A stretch of DNA of 48,722 bases from a virus. Its lineage: Duplodnaviria > Caudoviricetes. The stretch spans positions 1-48,722 of the IMG/VR virus record IMGVR_UViG_3300038393_001132; one strand, written 5' to 3'. Below are positions 29,949-38,666 of this stretch, piece by piece (within the stretch, counting starts at the first letter, position 1; the number at the start of each line of letters is the position of its first letter). Under the pieces are notes generated by a model that was given only the letters and a program-made list of their open reading frames with translations, was not told the DNA's origin and did not search any database. The position numbers and the translations under genes are program-made.

Positions 29949-30394
29949 CCCTGATTTATAATAGTGTGTTTCCCGTTATCATTGTAATCAAGGTAACTTT
30001 GAGGATAAGAAAATGAAGTAGTTCTTTGGCCGGGAATGCCATCAACAACACTTAATGATTTCAGAAAATTATCTTTATTGGTTCCCGGACCAAACCCCAT
30101 CTTCCCATCCTGAACTTGTTTTAAAGCATAATTACGGTAGTTAGCGAAGTCCTGTTGAATAGGAACGATCATGTCTTTGGTTAGTGGTGTATCGGGGTGT
30201 TCTTTGCGGTACTCGTCAATCATTTTAAATCCTAACCCGTTGTGATCGAGTGAAGGGTGTCCTTTAAGACCTTTTTGTTGAAGAAACTGAACATAATCGT
30301 TCCATGCCTGTCTTATTTTATTATCCACTTTAGGCGGTGTTACCGGATCACCTGTTTGAGTAGTTAGTGCTGCTTCTGGTATTAACTGTTGCAT
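29930..30394 (-). CDS. Hypothetical late protein
   Basis: 154 aa, directly behind a late-promoter motif. Confidence 0.65.
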   Translation of the reverse strand: MQQLIPEAALTTQTGDPVTPPKVDNKIRQAWNDYVQFLQQKGLKGHPSLDHNGLGFKMIDEYRKEHPDTPLTKDMIVPIQQDFANYRNYALKQVQDGKMGFGPGTNKDNFLKSLSVVDGIPGQRTTSFSYPQSYLDYNDNGKHTIINQGYATAK

Positions 30395-30398
30395 AGAA

Positions 30399-30445
30399 CA
30401 AAATTAAACAGTAAACCAATAAATAAGGAGGATTTTTAGTTATAG
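30399..30445 (-). promoter_or_regulatory. Putative late promoter
   Basis: CTATAACTAAAAA...TAATTTTG spanning 47 bp; ATG 4 nt downstream. Confidence 0.65.
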
Positions 30446-30571
30446 AAAAGCACCCTATTGCTAAGGTGCTCTTGGGGCGCATTAGGCAAACGCTTAACGG
30501 CCGATCAACCACTTTGTTTTTACGGAACAAAGAAACCGACCTGGTCGTGACAAAACAGGATTTTAAGAAAT

Positions 30572-30784
30572 TTATATTATCTTCAAATCTTTTAGAACCT
30601 TCCAAATAAAAATAATCGGCCCCGCTATAATAGCAGAAAGGTATAATACGAATATTACAAACTCCTCACTGAAAATAGAACTGTTGATTATGTATTTAGC
30701 TTCTTTTCTTTTAAGCCCTCTATATACGATTATACACTCTGCAATAGAAAATAAGCACCAAATAGTTATTATTCTACTTATCAT
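30572..30784 (-). CDS. Small two-TM membrane protein
   Basis: 70 aa, two hydrophobic segments. Confidence 0.55.
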   Translation of the reverse strand: MISRIITIWCLFSIAECIIVYRGLKRKEAKYIINSSIFSEEFVIFVLYLSAIIAGPIIFIWKVLKDLKII

Positions 30785-30798
30785 AATATTTTTAAAAA

Positions 30799-30889
30799 AT
30801 TGCCTTATTTCGCAGCATCCCTATAAAGTTATCTGGATGTAACCACCAATTATATGTCCAAAATATATTGCTCTGCTTATTCGTGCAAT
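30799..30889 (-). ncRNA. Structured RNA motif, copy 1
   Basis: ATTGC-ACGAATAA-GCAG-[33 nt]-CATCCAGATAA..GGATG-CTGC-GAAATAAG-GCAAT; second copy at 34564. Confidence 0.65.
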
Positions 30890-30974
30890 ATCTTCACTGC
30901 CGGTTCCCGCTTCACAAAAATAAATCACAAACGTTGTTAGAGTTTAAATTAGTAAATCCGGCAGCGAAAGAAGG

Positions 30975-31259
30975 TTAATATTTTAAGGTCAAAAACTTCA
31001 CAACGTTCATTTGAGCGTTAAGTATTTCACATACAGCATGAGAAAATAACCTTTGAGAAAATTGCGATGTTTCCCTGCTATTGTTTTCATCGTTTAATAA
31101 GTCAGCAAGATCAGAGCAAAGTCTTTTTGCTTTACTTACCTTGTCGTCATTGGAAGGATTAAAGGTTAACCCTACTAATTTTTCACCGAACGTTAATTGT
31201 TTTTGTTCTGTTTTTTCGGAAGGAACGTCTTTTGATTCGACCATTGGTTGTTCTAACAT
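30975..31259 (-). CDS. Acb2/Tad1-like helical-hairpin protein (candidate nucleotide sponge)
   Basis: FGEKLVGLTFNPSNDDKV..AK...RLFSHAVCEILNAQMNVVK; similarity judged by eye only. Confidence 0.45.
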   Translation of the reverse strand: MLEQPMVESKDVPSEKTEQKQLTFGEKLVGLTFNPSNDDKVSKAKRLCSDLADLLNDENNSRETSQFSQRLFSHAVCEILNAQMNVVKFLTLKY

Positions 31260-31289
31260 AATTGTTTTGTTTTTATAATGATTAATTGG

Positions 31290-32066
31290 TTACAGGGTTT
31301 TTAGGAATTTATACAGTTCATAGTTCCACTTTGCATCTGATAAGGCATTGTGCTCGTTGGTTTGTTTTGGATAATTAGGGAGTAGTTTTAACTTCTTTTC
31401 TGCTGCCTCAATGAGGTGTTGTTCTTGGAGGCAATATTTGAACACAGCTTCGTCAAACATTTGTTTGAGATCACGACAATACATCGGAAATCCTTCTGGC
31501 AAATCAATCATCCTACCAAATAGAGAACAGAATAAAACCCAATCATAATCAGCGAAATAACCATAAAACTCTATTGGCGAATCAGTATCCCATCCGTTTC
31601 TTTTTCCTCTTGAAATAAATTCATCGATGCCACCATTCCATTCACTCCATACATCAGCCCAAACAAATAGCATTATTTCTGTTGCTATTTTTTTATTTGG
31701 CTTGCCGTTCCTCTTTAAGAACTTTTCGAAATTCTTATAACTAAAAATACCATTAGGAATATCCGGTAATTCGAGATTTGCTTCTTTATGGCCTTTATAA
31801 AGCCATTCTTGAAATATTGGCTTCAAAACATTATCTCTTAACCAATAAACCTTTCTTGGTGGTAAGTTTCGTTGGTCGCCACTACCATAATCCAAGTCGT
31901 ACTTATTCCAAACTTTCTTTAGATCAAACTCATTTGAAATAGCATAATAAGAACCTCCATCTTCACATACAATTCCAATAGAAATTAAATCAATAAAATG
32001 CCTTTTCTTTCCAAATAAAGGCTTGTGAAAGCCTTCGATAAATTCTGTGTCAATAAAATATTTCAT
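31290..32066 (-). CDS. 3'-5' exo(ribo)nuclease, DEDDh (Rv2179c/DUF5051-like)
   Basis: FIDTEF, LISIGIV, ADYDW, HNALSDA motifs. Confidence 0.85.
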   Translation of the reverse strand: MKYFIDTEFIEGFHKPLFGKKRHFIDLISIGIVCEDGGSYYAISNEFDLKKVWNKYDLDYGSGDQRNLPPRKVYWLRDNVLKPIFQEWLYKGHKEANLELPDIPNGIFSYKNFEKFLKRNGKPNKKIATEIMLFVWADVWSEWNGGIDEFISRGKRNGWDTDSPIEFYGYFADYDWVLFCSLFGRMIDLPEGFPMYCRDLKQMFDEAVFKYCLQEQHLIEAAEKKLKLLPNYPKQTNEHNALSDAKWNYELYKFLKTL

Positions 32067-32075
32067 AGTCTTATT

Positions 32076-32438
32076 TTAAAATGGCAAATCAGACTGTTCT
32101 TCCACAACCTCCGCTTCGGTAATAAATTCTTCTTTTTTAGCGGCGCTGTTTAGTTTTTCAATCTTCCAGGCATCCAGATTAGTAAAGTAGGACGTTTTAC
32201 CGTCTTTCTCCCATTTAGACCCTCTTAAATTGAAGTGTACTTTTACTTCATCACCGATATTAATATCGTCCAGTACACTTGTTCTTTCATTGGAGGCCTG
32301 TAATTTGATTAATTGTGAGTAGGTCTTGTCTTTTACCTGCTCTGTTACTTCCACTACAAATTCGCGTGTTTTAAATTTCTCTGTACGCTGTTGGGTTTCT
32401 GTTTTAAATACTAATCTTCCGGTTAATTCGTAACTCAT
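32076..32438 (-). CDS. DUF3127-family ssDNA-binding-like protein
   Basis: FKTREFVV...GDEVKVHFNLRG..W....YFTNLDAWKI with acidic DLPF tail. Confidence 0.85.
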   Translation of the reverse strand: MSYELTGRLVFKTETQQRTEKFKTREFVVEVTEQVKDKTYSQLIKLQASNERTSVLDDINIGDEVKVHFNLRGSKWEKDGKTSYFTNLDAWKIEKLNSAAKKEEFITEAEVVEEQSDLPF

Positions 32439-32439
32439 T

Positions 32440-32643
32440 TTATTTTTGTTTTAATTTTTTCTTAGCGCATTCAGGACAATAAACATTCCCGCTCTTTGTT
32501 GCTCTCCAACCTTCGGCAAAATAAAAATCGGTTGCATTATCGGATTCTGCGCCACGCACACTACTTTGTTTGCCACAACTTGAACAGGTAATTGTGCATT
32601 CCGTTTCTATTGAATCATACAAATCGAATGGCTCGTATTTCAT
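32440..32643 (-). CDS. Small zinc-finger protein
   Basis: CSSC...GW...YCPEC. Confidence 0.65.
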   Translation of the reverse strand: MKYEPFDLYDSIETECTITCSSCGKQSSVRGAESDNATDFYFAEGWRATKSGNVYCPECAKKKLKQK

Positions 32644-32805
32644 TGATATATCAGTTTATTTTTTGTTGAATAATTTTTGTTTCTGCGCATAAACGTATAT
32701 CTCTAATTCAGCCTTAATTTTTAAATATTCAATATTGCAACTATATTTGAATCTTATAAGTTCAAATAACATTTGAAAGAGTTTTGTCATTGATATATCA
32801 GTTTA
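32640..32805. repeat. 19-bp direct repeat flanking a 44-aa ORF (32656-32790, minus)
   Basis: TCATTGATATATCAGTTTA at 32640-32658 and 32787-32805. Confidence 0.85.
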
Positions 32806-33000
32806 AATGTCTTTAATTAGCCATTGATATATTTTTTCGGCATCTTCAAGAACTATTTCTAAGCTTGAGGTGCTACCGTATTTGATATCTACCGTCTTTT
32901 CAAGGGCTAATCTCCTTGCACCGGCTTTAAAATGTTGCTTTACAACTTCCTCTGATTGTTTTACAATAAAATCTGATCCTTCAATTAATTCTTGTTTCAT
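32803..33000 (-). CDS. Hypothetical protein (MKQELIEG...)
   Basis: Start at 33000 preferred because a separate ORF occupies 33011-33178. Confidence 0.6.
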   Translation of the reverse strand: MKQELIEGSDFIVKQSEEVVKQHFKAGARRLALEKTVDIKYGSTSSLEIVLEDAEKIYQWLIKDI

Positions 33001-33010
33001 GTTTTTTATT

Positions 33011-33178
33011 TTAAAAGGTTCTTTTAGTCTCACCACATTTCTTGCATTGAAGCAGTTCCGGTGTTGTTGTTTTAAATCCAACAAGTTGCCCATTTTCAAC
33101 TTTTACCTGACGTATTTCAGCGCATTCCCACTCATGTAAACAGGGCTTTGTTTTTCTAAACAAATTCTTTAAATTCAT
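33011..33178 (-). CDS. Small zinc-ribbon-like protein
   Basis: 55 aa, not in ORF track: MNLKNLFRKTKPCLHEW...QCKKCGETKRTF. Confidence 0.6.
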   Translation of the reverse strand: MNLKNLFRKTKPCLHEWECAEIRQVKVENGQLVGFKTTTPELLQCKKCGETKRTF

Positions 33179-33183
33179 TTTTG

Positions 33184-33387
33184 TTATTTTTTAGTAAATC
33201 TTCCGGTTTTAGGGTCTCTAACAATTACTTCCCCGTTGTTTCTTAATTCATCCAGAATATCATCTATTCCAAAAGCTAAAATTGAAGTCAGGAATGACAC
33301 TTCAGATGCGGTAAACTTTCCCATGAATACAAGAAAAATAGAAGAAACAAGTGATAGAATGGCGAGTATAATGCAGAAGTATCTCAT
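33184..33387 (-). CDS. Small membrane protein
   Basis: Hydrophobic N-terminal half, RDPKTGRF tail. Confidence 0.55.
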   Translation of the reverse strand: MRYFCIILAILSLVSSIFLVFMGKFTASEVSFLTSILAFGIDDILDELRNNGEVIVRDPKTGRFTKK

Positions 33388-33854
33388 GGCAAAAGGTCTT
33401 TATTGATTTTAGGACGTTTGATTGTAGCGTTTAAGTGCTCCATTATTTCATCCATATCTTTAGGAGTAATAGAACATTCATCACTCAAGGTCGGCTCAGC
33501 GTTTAAGGCATCCTGTATATTATCAAACACTACATCATCTCCTATTTTAGTATTAACTACTTCTCTTTCATCGAGATATTTTACTTCCGGTATGATACCA
33601 TCCAATTTTATTTCTCTTTCATCCAATTCTTTTAAAAGTTTGGTAGAACCTTCTATTAATTTCTCATTTGTAATAACAATATCTTTCCCAATCTTTCTGA
33701 TACCGGATACATATTTTTCAGGGATATTATTTAATTTACCTGTCAGGAATTTACCGATACTCCCCTGCCCCATTCCTAATTTCTTCTCAATAAAATTCTT
33801 GGTTACTCCGCTGTCAAGGATTGCTTGTATTTCCTCTTTGGTTATTGGCTTCAT
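33384..33854 (-). CDS. HTH-containing protein
   Basis: GVTKNFIEKKLGMGQGSIGKFL resembles an HTH. Confidence 0.55.
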   Translation of the reverse strand: MKPITKEEIQAILDSGVTKNFIEKKLGMGQGSIGKFLTGKLNNIPEKYVSGIRKIGKDIVITNEKLIEGSTKLLKELDEREIKLDGIIPEVKYLDEREVVNTKIGDDVVFDNIQDALNAEPTLSDECSITPKDMDEIMEHLNATIKRPKINKDLLP

Positions 33855-34483
33855 ATTTTTGATTTTGATCTTTCATAGACTGCATCTAAAAACTTAGATG
33901 TTGAACTTCCATTATCCCTGAATAGATTGAAGATTTCATGCCAACTTAGGAATGGCTTGTTTCTGATTATATAACATGATCTTGCTTCATCAGTTGAAAA
34001 ATATTTCCATGCAGAGTTTAAAGGTTTTGAAAATTGACTTCTTTCGTTCATACGTTTGACCGTATCTTCTCTTGTTTCCCATTGCGCTTTAGTTAAGACT
34101 GCATACAGAGTTTGATTTTCGTCTGTTATTGCTACTTCATCTTCTGTTGTAAACAGGGGCGCTTTTGACTTATTAACCTCATTTAATAAAAATCCTGTAT
34201 CATTACAGATTACTGACATTCCACAATTAGTTAAATAAAACTTTGAAATATCTCCTACATCTAATTTATCTCTAACCGTGAAAATCTCACCATCGGAAAG
34301 TCGTTTAACTGAATGTATTGCGAAATTATCTTTGTAAGAAAGAATTTCGTACTCTTTATTTGGTTGCTTTGATTTCTTGAACTCATCTAAAAGTTTTTGC
34401 ACGTTACATAAGTAATGCGGTGGTAGTGGTAGTTTTGCGTATAGCATTTCTTTCACTAATTCATCAGTCCATTGAAATTCCAT
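33851..34483 (-). CDS. Hypothetical protein
   Basis: 210 aa; TAGATTTG -7 element upstream on the minus strand (34501-34508). Confidence 0.7.
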   Translation of the reverse strand: MEFQWTDELVKEMLYAKLPLPPHYLCNVQKLLDEFKKSKQPNKEYEILSYKDNFAIHSVKRLSDGEIFTVRDKLDVGDISKFYLTNCGMSVICNDTGFLLNEVNKSKAPLFTTEDEVAITDENQTLYAVLTKAQWETREDTVKRMNERSQFSKPLNSAWKYFSTDEARSCYIIRNKPFLSWHEIFNLFRDNGSSTSKFLDAVYERSKSKI

Positions 34484-34563
34484 TGCTAATTAATTTAGAA
34501 CAAATCTAACCAATATTTACTAAAGAATATAGTTTTTATCTAACTTTATTTTACCTTTGAGAA

Positions 34564-34655
34564 ATTGCACGAATAAGCAGTGATAGCTACATAGTCAGTA
34601 ATGAGACACCGAACATCCAGATAAATTTTATTTGGGTGCTGTGAAATAAGGCAAT
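34564..34655 (+). ncRNA. Structured RNA motif, copy 2
   Basis: Same scaffold as 30799-30889; begins 4 nt after TACCTTTG (34552-34559). Confidence 0.65.
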
Positions 34656-34671
34656 TTTTAAAAAACATAAT

Positions 34672-35088
34672 ATGACAAAGAAGAAAAATAATTGGGATGA
34701 CAAGAAAAGTTTTCACGTAGAAGTACCTCTTTTTAAGGTAGATATTCTATTCCTGTGCGATTTGTCGGAGACTGAAATTCCTGTTCATATAAAAAGATTC
34801 GCAGGAGAAGAAAACTTTAAAGAATTTGACCAGAGGGCAATTAAAGGATGGGATCACATCACTAACGAAGGAAGGAAAATAGATTTTCTTGGCGGGTTTA
34901 TCGTACTGGCAAAAAACAAGAATGGCAACTTCAGGGAATTTGTAAGCATACTGGTGCACGAGATAACCCATGTAACTCATTACTTGTTAAGAGACCGAAG
35001 GATACCATTAACCGTACATACGGAAGAACTGTACTGCTATCTTACTGAATATCTAACAGAACAAGCATTGATTAAACTGTATGATTAA
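34672..35088 (+). CDS. HExxH metallopeptidase-like protein
   Basis: VHEITH...EELYCYL. Confidence 0.65.
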   Translation: MTKKKNNWDDKKSFHVEVPLFKVDILFLCDLSETEIPVHIKRFAGEENFKEFDQRAIKGWDHITNEGRKIDFLGGFIVLAKNKNGNFREFVSILVHEITHVTHYLLRDRRIPLTVHTEELYCYLTEYLTEQALIKLYD

Positions 35089-35555
35089 CCCTTTAGCTTC
35101 AGACGAGACCCATTAAACACATAATTAATATTCACAAAGAACTCTATACTACTACCCTTCTTTCTGGCTATGATGTTCTTTTCGAGTAGTTCTAAGATTG
35201 CCCTTCTAAACGTTTTATCAGAGCATTCCATAATGCTACAATAACAATCAGATTCTAAGACAATAAGGTCAGTATGGATTCCTAACTCATTCACAATATA
35301 ATTATACATGAGAAGAGCCGGAGGACTTAACTTATAAATAACATGCGTATTGCCTTTATAATACTTTGCATAATTTGACGTGTCAATAGTAGCTTTACTC
35401 ACTTTTGTTATCTTCTGAAAGAAATTCACCTCTCCGGTCTTAACATCAGCCATTTCAAAAGGAGCACTTTTCTTTTCAACAAATATCTCCTTTACCTTCC
35501 CTTCCATAACTTTGAAAGGGCTACTCAAAAACTCTAAAATGGGCTTATTTTCCAT
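35085..35555 (-). CDS. RepL-like winged-HTH protein
   Basis: LSPPALLMYNYI...SDKTFRRAILELLEKNII...FFVNINYVFNG. Confidence 0.65.
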   Translation of the reverse strand: MENKPILEFLSSPFKVMEGKVKEIFVEKKSAPFEMADVKTGEVNFFQKITKVSKATIDTSNYAKYYKGNTHVIYKLSPPALLMYNYIVNELGIHTDLIVLESDCYCSIMECSDKTFRRAILELLEKNIIARKKGSSIEFFVNINYVFNGSRLKLKG

Positions 35556-36327
35556 AATTGTGGACTACAAAGGACAAATTTGTCCATACCTGCTATTGAT
35601 AATCAATTAGTTATCTTCATTCCTTTCTTAATATTATTAGACTTCTATTTTCAGCAGTATTTCTCATAAAATAATTCACCAACAAATCTAATGTTATTTG
35701 CTAAATATTTTACTATATTTGTCAAAAGTTTTAGTAATGCGGATTAGATTACGTTGGAATAATACCGATCAGCCCTTAGGGAAATATATAACAGGATGCT
35801 CCAATGGAAATAAAACATTAAAGAGTACCTTTTATAGATTCTTCTGGATCAGTTTAGTAATAACAAAATCAGTATGAGAATAACATTAAATGATATTCTT
35901 AATGAACTTAAACTTAGAAAAGGCAAAAGCTATCAAGTTGATATTGATGAATGCCTAAGTATTATTAATGATAGTCTCACAGCCCAGCAAGCAGTTGACT
36001 TACTAATAAAACGTAAAGCAATAGTTTGTAATTAGGAAGGTAATTATCTAATATTTTCTGTGTGGATGATAGAATGGGGTAATTACTACAAAAGAGGGGG
36101 TGGCAACTAAAAGGGGAAATGCGCAAATCGAAGGGGGTAGGTGCGAGTTTTCAGATTGAAATTGAGGAGTAAAGGGCAAAGGAAATGATCTTTCACGTAT
36201 AAATAGCGATATGGGAAAGCAAATAATTAAAATAAACGGTGGAGTGGGGGAGGGGTTGAGTAATAGGTTTGCCTGGAAAGTGAATTATAAAAGGCAAATG
36301 GTTGAAAATCAGCATAGAAAACACTCT

Positions 36328-36355
36328 ACTTAACATAACAAAAATTATAGGACAC
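36328..36355 (-). other. dif-like XerC/XerD site
   Basis: GTGTCCTATAA-TTTTTG-TTATGTTAAGT: 11-6-11 layout; right arm matches the E. coli XerD arm TTATGTTAAAT at 10/11. Confidence 0.65.
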
Positions 36356-36510
36356 GATTTAACACTATCATATTTTAAATAAAGTGAATTTGAGGTTAGC
36401 CTTATAACTGATTGAGAATGAAAGAATTAAGCCGTGAAAAATTTACTTTATGTAGGTGTAAAATTGGAATTACCCTATCATCCTTAACATAATAAAGTTA
36501 AAGCCTAAAT

Positions 36511-36885
36511 ATGCAAGAATTGGATAAAGCATTTTTATTCCGTTCTACAATAAGAAGACAGGCTGCACCGCTAAACAATTCATTTAATATATACATATTA
36601 ACTGCGATCAGGCACATTGTAAGTAAAAAGAGAGGCTGCAATTATTTGGCTATTCTTTTTATTATGCGCCTGAATAATCACACAACTAATTCAACCGACA
36701 TAAATACATCATTCAATCAATTAATCTCTGCCGGCTACATTTCAAAACATAATACAGCTATTCGCATCACTCCTGCCGGTCTCCAGGCGCTTACGGATAT
36801 TGAACGACAACTAAAAGAATGCACCTATAAAATGAGAAAATCGGACGTTCCAAAAATATCCGTTAAACGTCCGAAAACTCTTTAA
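36511..36885 (+). CDS. Winged-HTH protein
   Basis: INTSFNQLISAGYI...IRITPAGLQAL. Confidence 0.6.
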   Translation: MQELDKAFLFRSTIRRQAAPLNNSFNIYILTAIRHIVSKKRGCNYLAILFIMRLNNHTTNSTDINTSFNQLISAGYISKHNTAIRITPAGLQALTDIERQLKECTYKMRKSDVPKISVKRPKTL

Positions 36886-37395
36886 TATTCGCTAATTTAT
36901 TTAGTATTATCCCCTATTTTTTAGCAATTTCAACGTAAGCGTTTAGCAAAACGTTAAAGTTTTGTGAAAGCTATAATACTTTGATTGTGGGTGTTATAAA
37001 ACCCATTATCTTTGTTCTTGTAATCGGGAGCGCACCAATCAAGAGCGCAAAAATTAGGTTCTCATTTTTTCCTCTTATTATCTCCCTTTTATTCCGGTTG
37101 ACGGGCATGGTACAGGCTCAATATCTACAGTAATTCCGGCGGCGGTTTGTAGATAGGTCACACAAGGTTTTACATTTTGACCTTACAAGTAAGCGGGAGA
37201 AATCGCTGAAAACGTAAAAGAAGCAGGTAAACGCTAACAAGCGAAGTAACTGCGTACAAATTAAACGGTAAAAGTCATTTATATAAGTTTAAGACTATAA
37301 ACAAACTTTTTATTTAAACAGGCTGCAAAGGTTCAAGACCTTACTAAATTCGTTATTTATGCAGCCGCTATTTTTTCATTATTAAAACAATCGCC

Positions 37396-37686
37396 ATGAC
37401 TTTAGAAAATTTTTCAAAAGAAGATATGATATTGAAAACTCAAAAGTTTTATTCGACAGAAGAAAGTGAAATGGATTACAGAATTTATGAAAGAATATTT
37501 TCCGGCAGAATGACAAAAAGAAGGTATAAAATTATAGAAAGTTTTTGCCGCCGATACACTTATCGCCCTTATTATAATTGCGGCCATGAATATGATTGTT
37601 GTGGTTGTTTTTGTGGACAAAATATGAGTTTTACATATAAACAAAATCAAGTTGTAATTCGATTCACTCAATCATTTAATTATTAA
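37396..37686 (+). CDS. Early protein, Cys-rich
   Basis: CGHEYDCCGC motif; A-rich translation initiation region. Confidence 0.65.
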   Translation: MTLENFSKEDMILKTQKFYSTEESEMDYRIYERIFSGRMTKRRYKIIESFCRRYTYRPYYNCGHEYDCCGCFCGQNMSFTYKQNQVVIRFTQSFNY

Positions 37687-37805
37687 CCTATGATCACAGC
37701 AATAATAATATCACTTTTCTTTTCTCTTCTTGCTCTTATAAGCATAGCACACAAACAGCATTTAAATAATAATAACGATCAATTTCATTTTTAAAATATA
37801 CAGTC

Positions 37806-38015
37806 ATGGAAAATTTAAGTTTAATTGAAGTTTACAAAAACCATAATATTTATAATTGGGATAATGTAATCGCTGTGAACAAGGTAGAGGACGGCGAAGA
37901 CCATTTATTTATCGTTGCCTTAGATGATAGCAAAATGAACGGTAAAAGGAAATTCTTAGACCTTGCAAACACCACAGAAGAAGCAAAAAAATATATTGAT
38001 TGGTTAACTAAATAA
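37806..38015 (+). CDS. Early hypothetical protein
   Basis: 69 aa, A-rich leader. Confidence 0.6.
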   Translation: MENLSLIEVYKNHNIYNWDNVIAVNKVEDGEDHLFIVALDDSKMNGKRKFLDLANTTEEAKKYIDWLTK

Positions 38016-38230
38016 TTTTAAACAAAGTTCAGGCGCAGAACGCAACAGGCGCAAAATAAATCATGAAAACAATAATTACCACTTTCTCCGTTCTTTTAAT
38101 GTGTTACTCATTTGTAGTAACTGCATTTATTTTAATCGCTCCAACACGCAAAGCAATTCGCCAGTTTTTCACCTTTGAAACTCCGTCAAACCTCGATTGG
38201 AGATTTTTCTAAACCTTTAAAATTCAAAAG

Positions 38231-38656
38231 ATGAAAGTTTTATTATTCAAAAAAACAACAGATAACGACCTTTTTAAAGGTTTAAAAGTGGCTTATAATA
38301 AAGCCGGAGAATATCAAGCCGGAGTTATTACAGCAATAACAGAGCAAGACGGCAAGAAACTTTATAACGTTGCTGGAGCTTTATATTTAGCTGATGAATT
38401 AAAGCTAATTGAACAGCCGGAAATAAACGACTTTGAAGAACTGAAACAAGCAGTAATAAAAGAGGGTTTATTTGTTCCGGTAACTGAAAGACTTTATTAT
38501 TATGCTTTGGAAGTCTTGCCGCCTATATGGCTAAAAAATAATACTTTTCAAATGGGTGAATGTGTTATTGATGATATGTTTTACACATTTGGAGAAAGAA
38601 GCGGTAAATATTACGGCTGCTTATGTAACAAAAATTTTTCAATTCATAACTTTTAA
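38231..38656 (+). CDS. DUF1419-like early protein
   Basis: VTERLYYYALEVLPP...FQMGE...YTF...GKYY. Confidence 0.55.
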   Translation: MKVLLFKKTTDNDLFKGLKVAYNKAGEYQAGVITAITEQDGKKLYNVAGALYLADELKLIEQPEINDFEELKQAVIKEGLFVPVTERLYYYALEVLPPIWLKNNTFQMGECVIDDMFYTFGERSGKYYGCLCNKNFSIHNF

Positions 38657-38666
38657 AATAAAAACC

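Noticed and set aside
30348-30605. 85-aa minus-strand ORF
   Set aside because: Overlaps a better ORF and a promoter motif; unconvincing composition.
36483-36510. Second dif-like site
   Set aside because: Only a XerD-like half (CCTTAACATAA); no plausible partner arm at 6-bp spacing.
37015-37395. Hammerhead, twister or pistol ribozyme
   Set aside because: Catalytic core consensus sequences were not found by eye.
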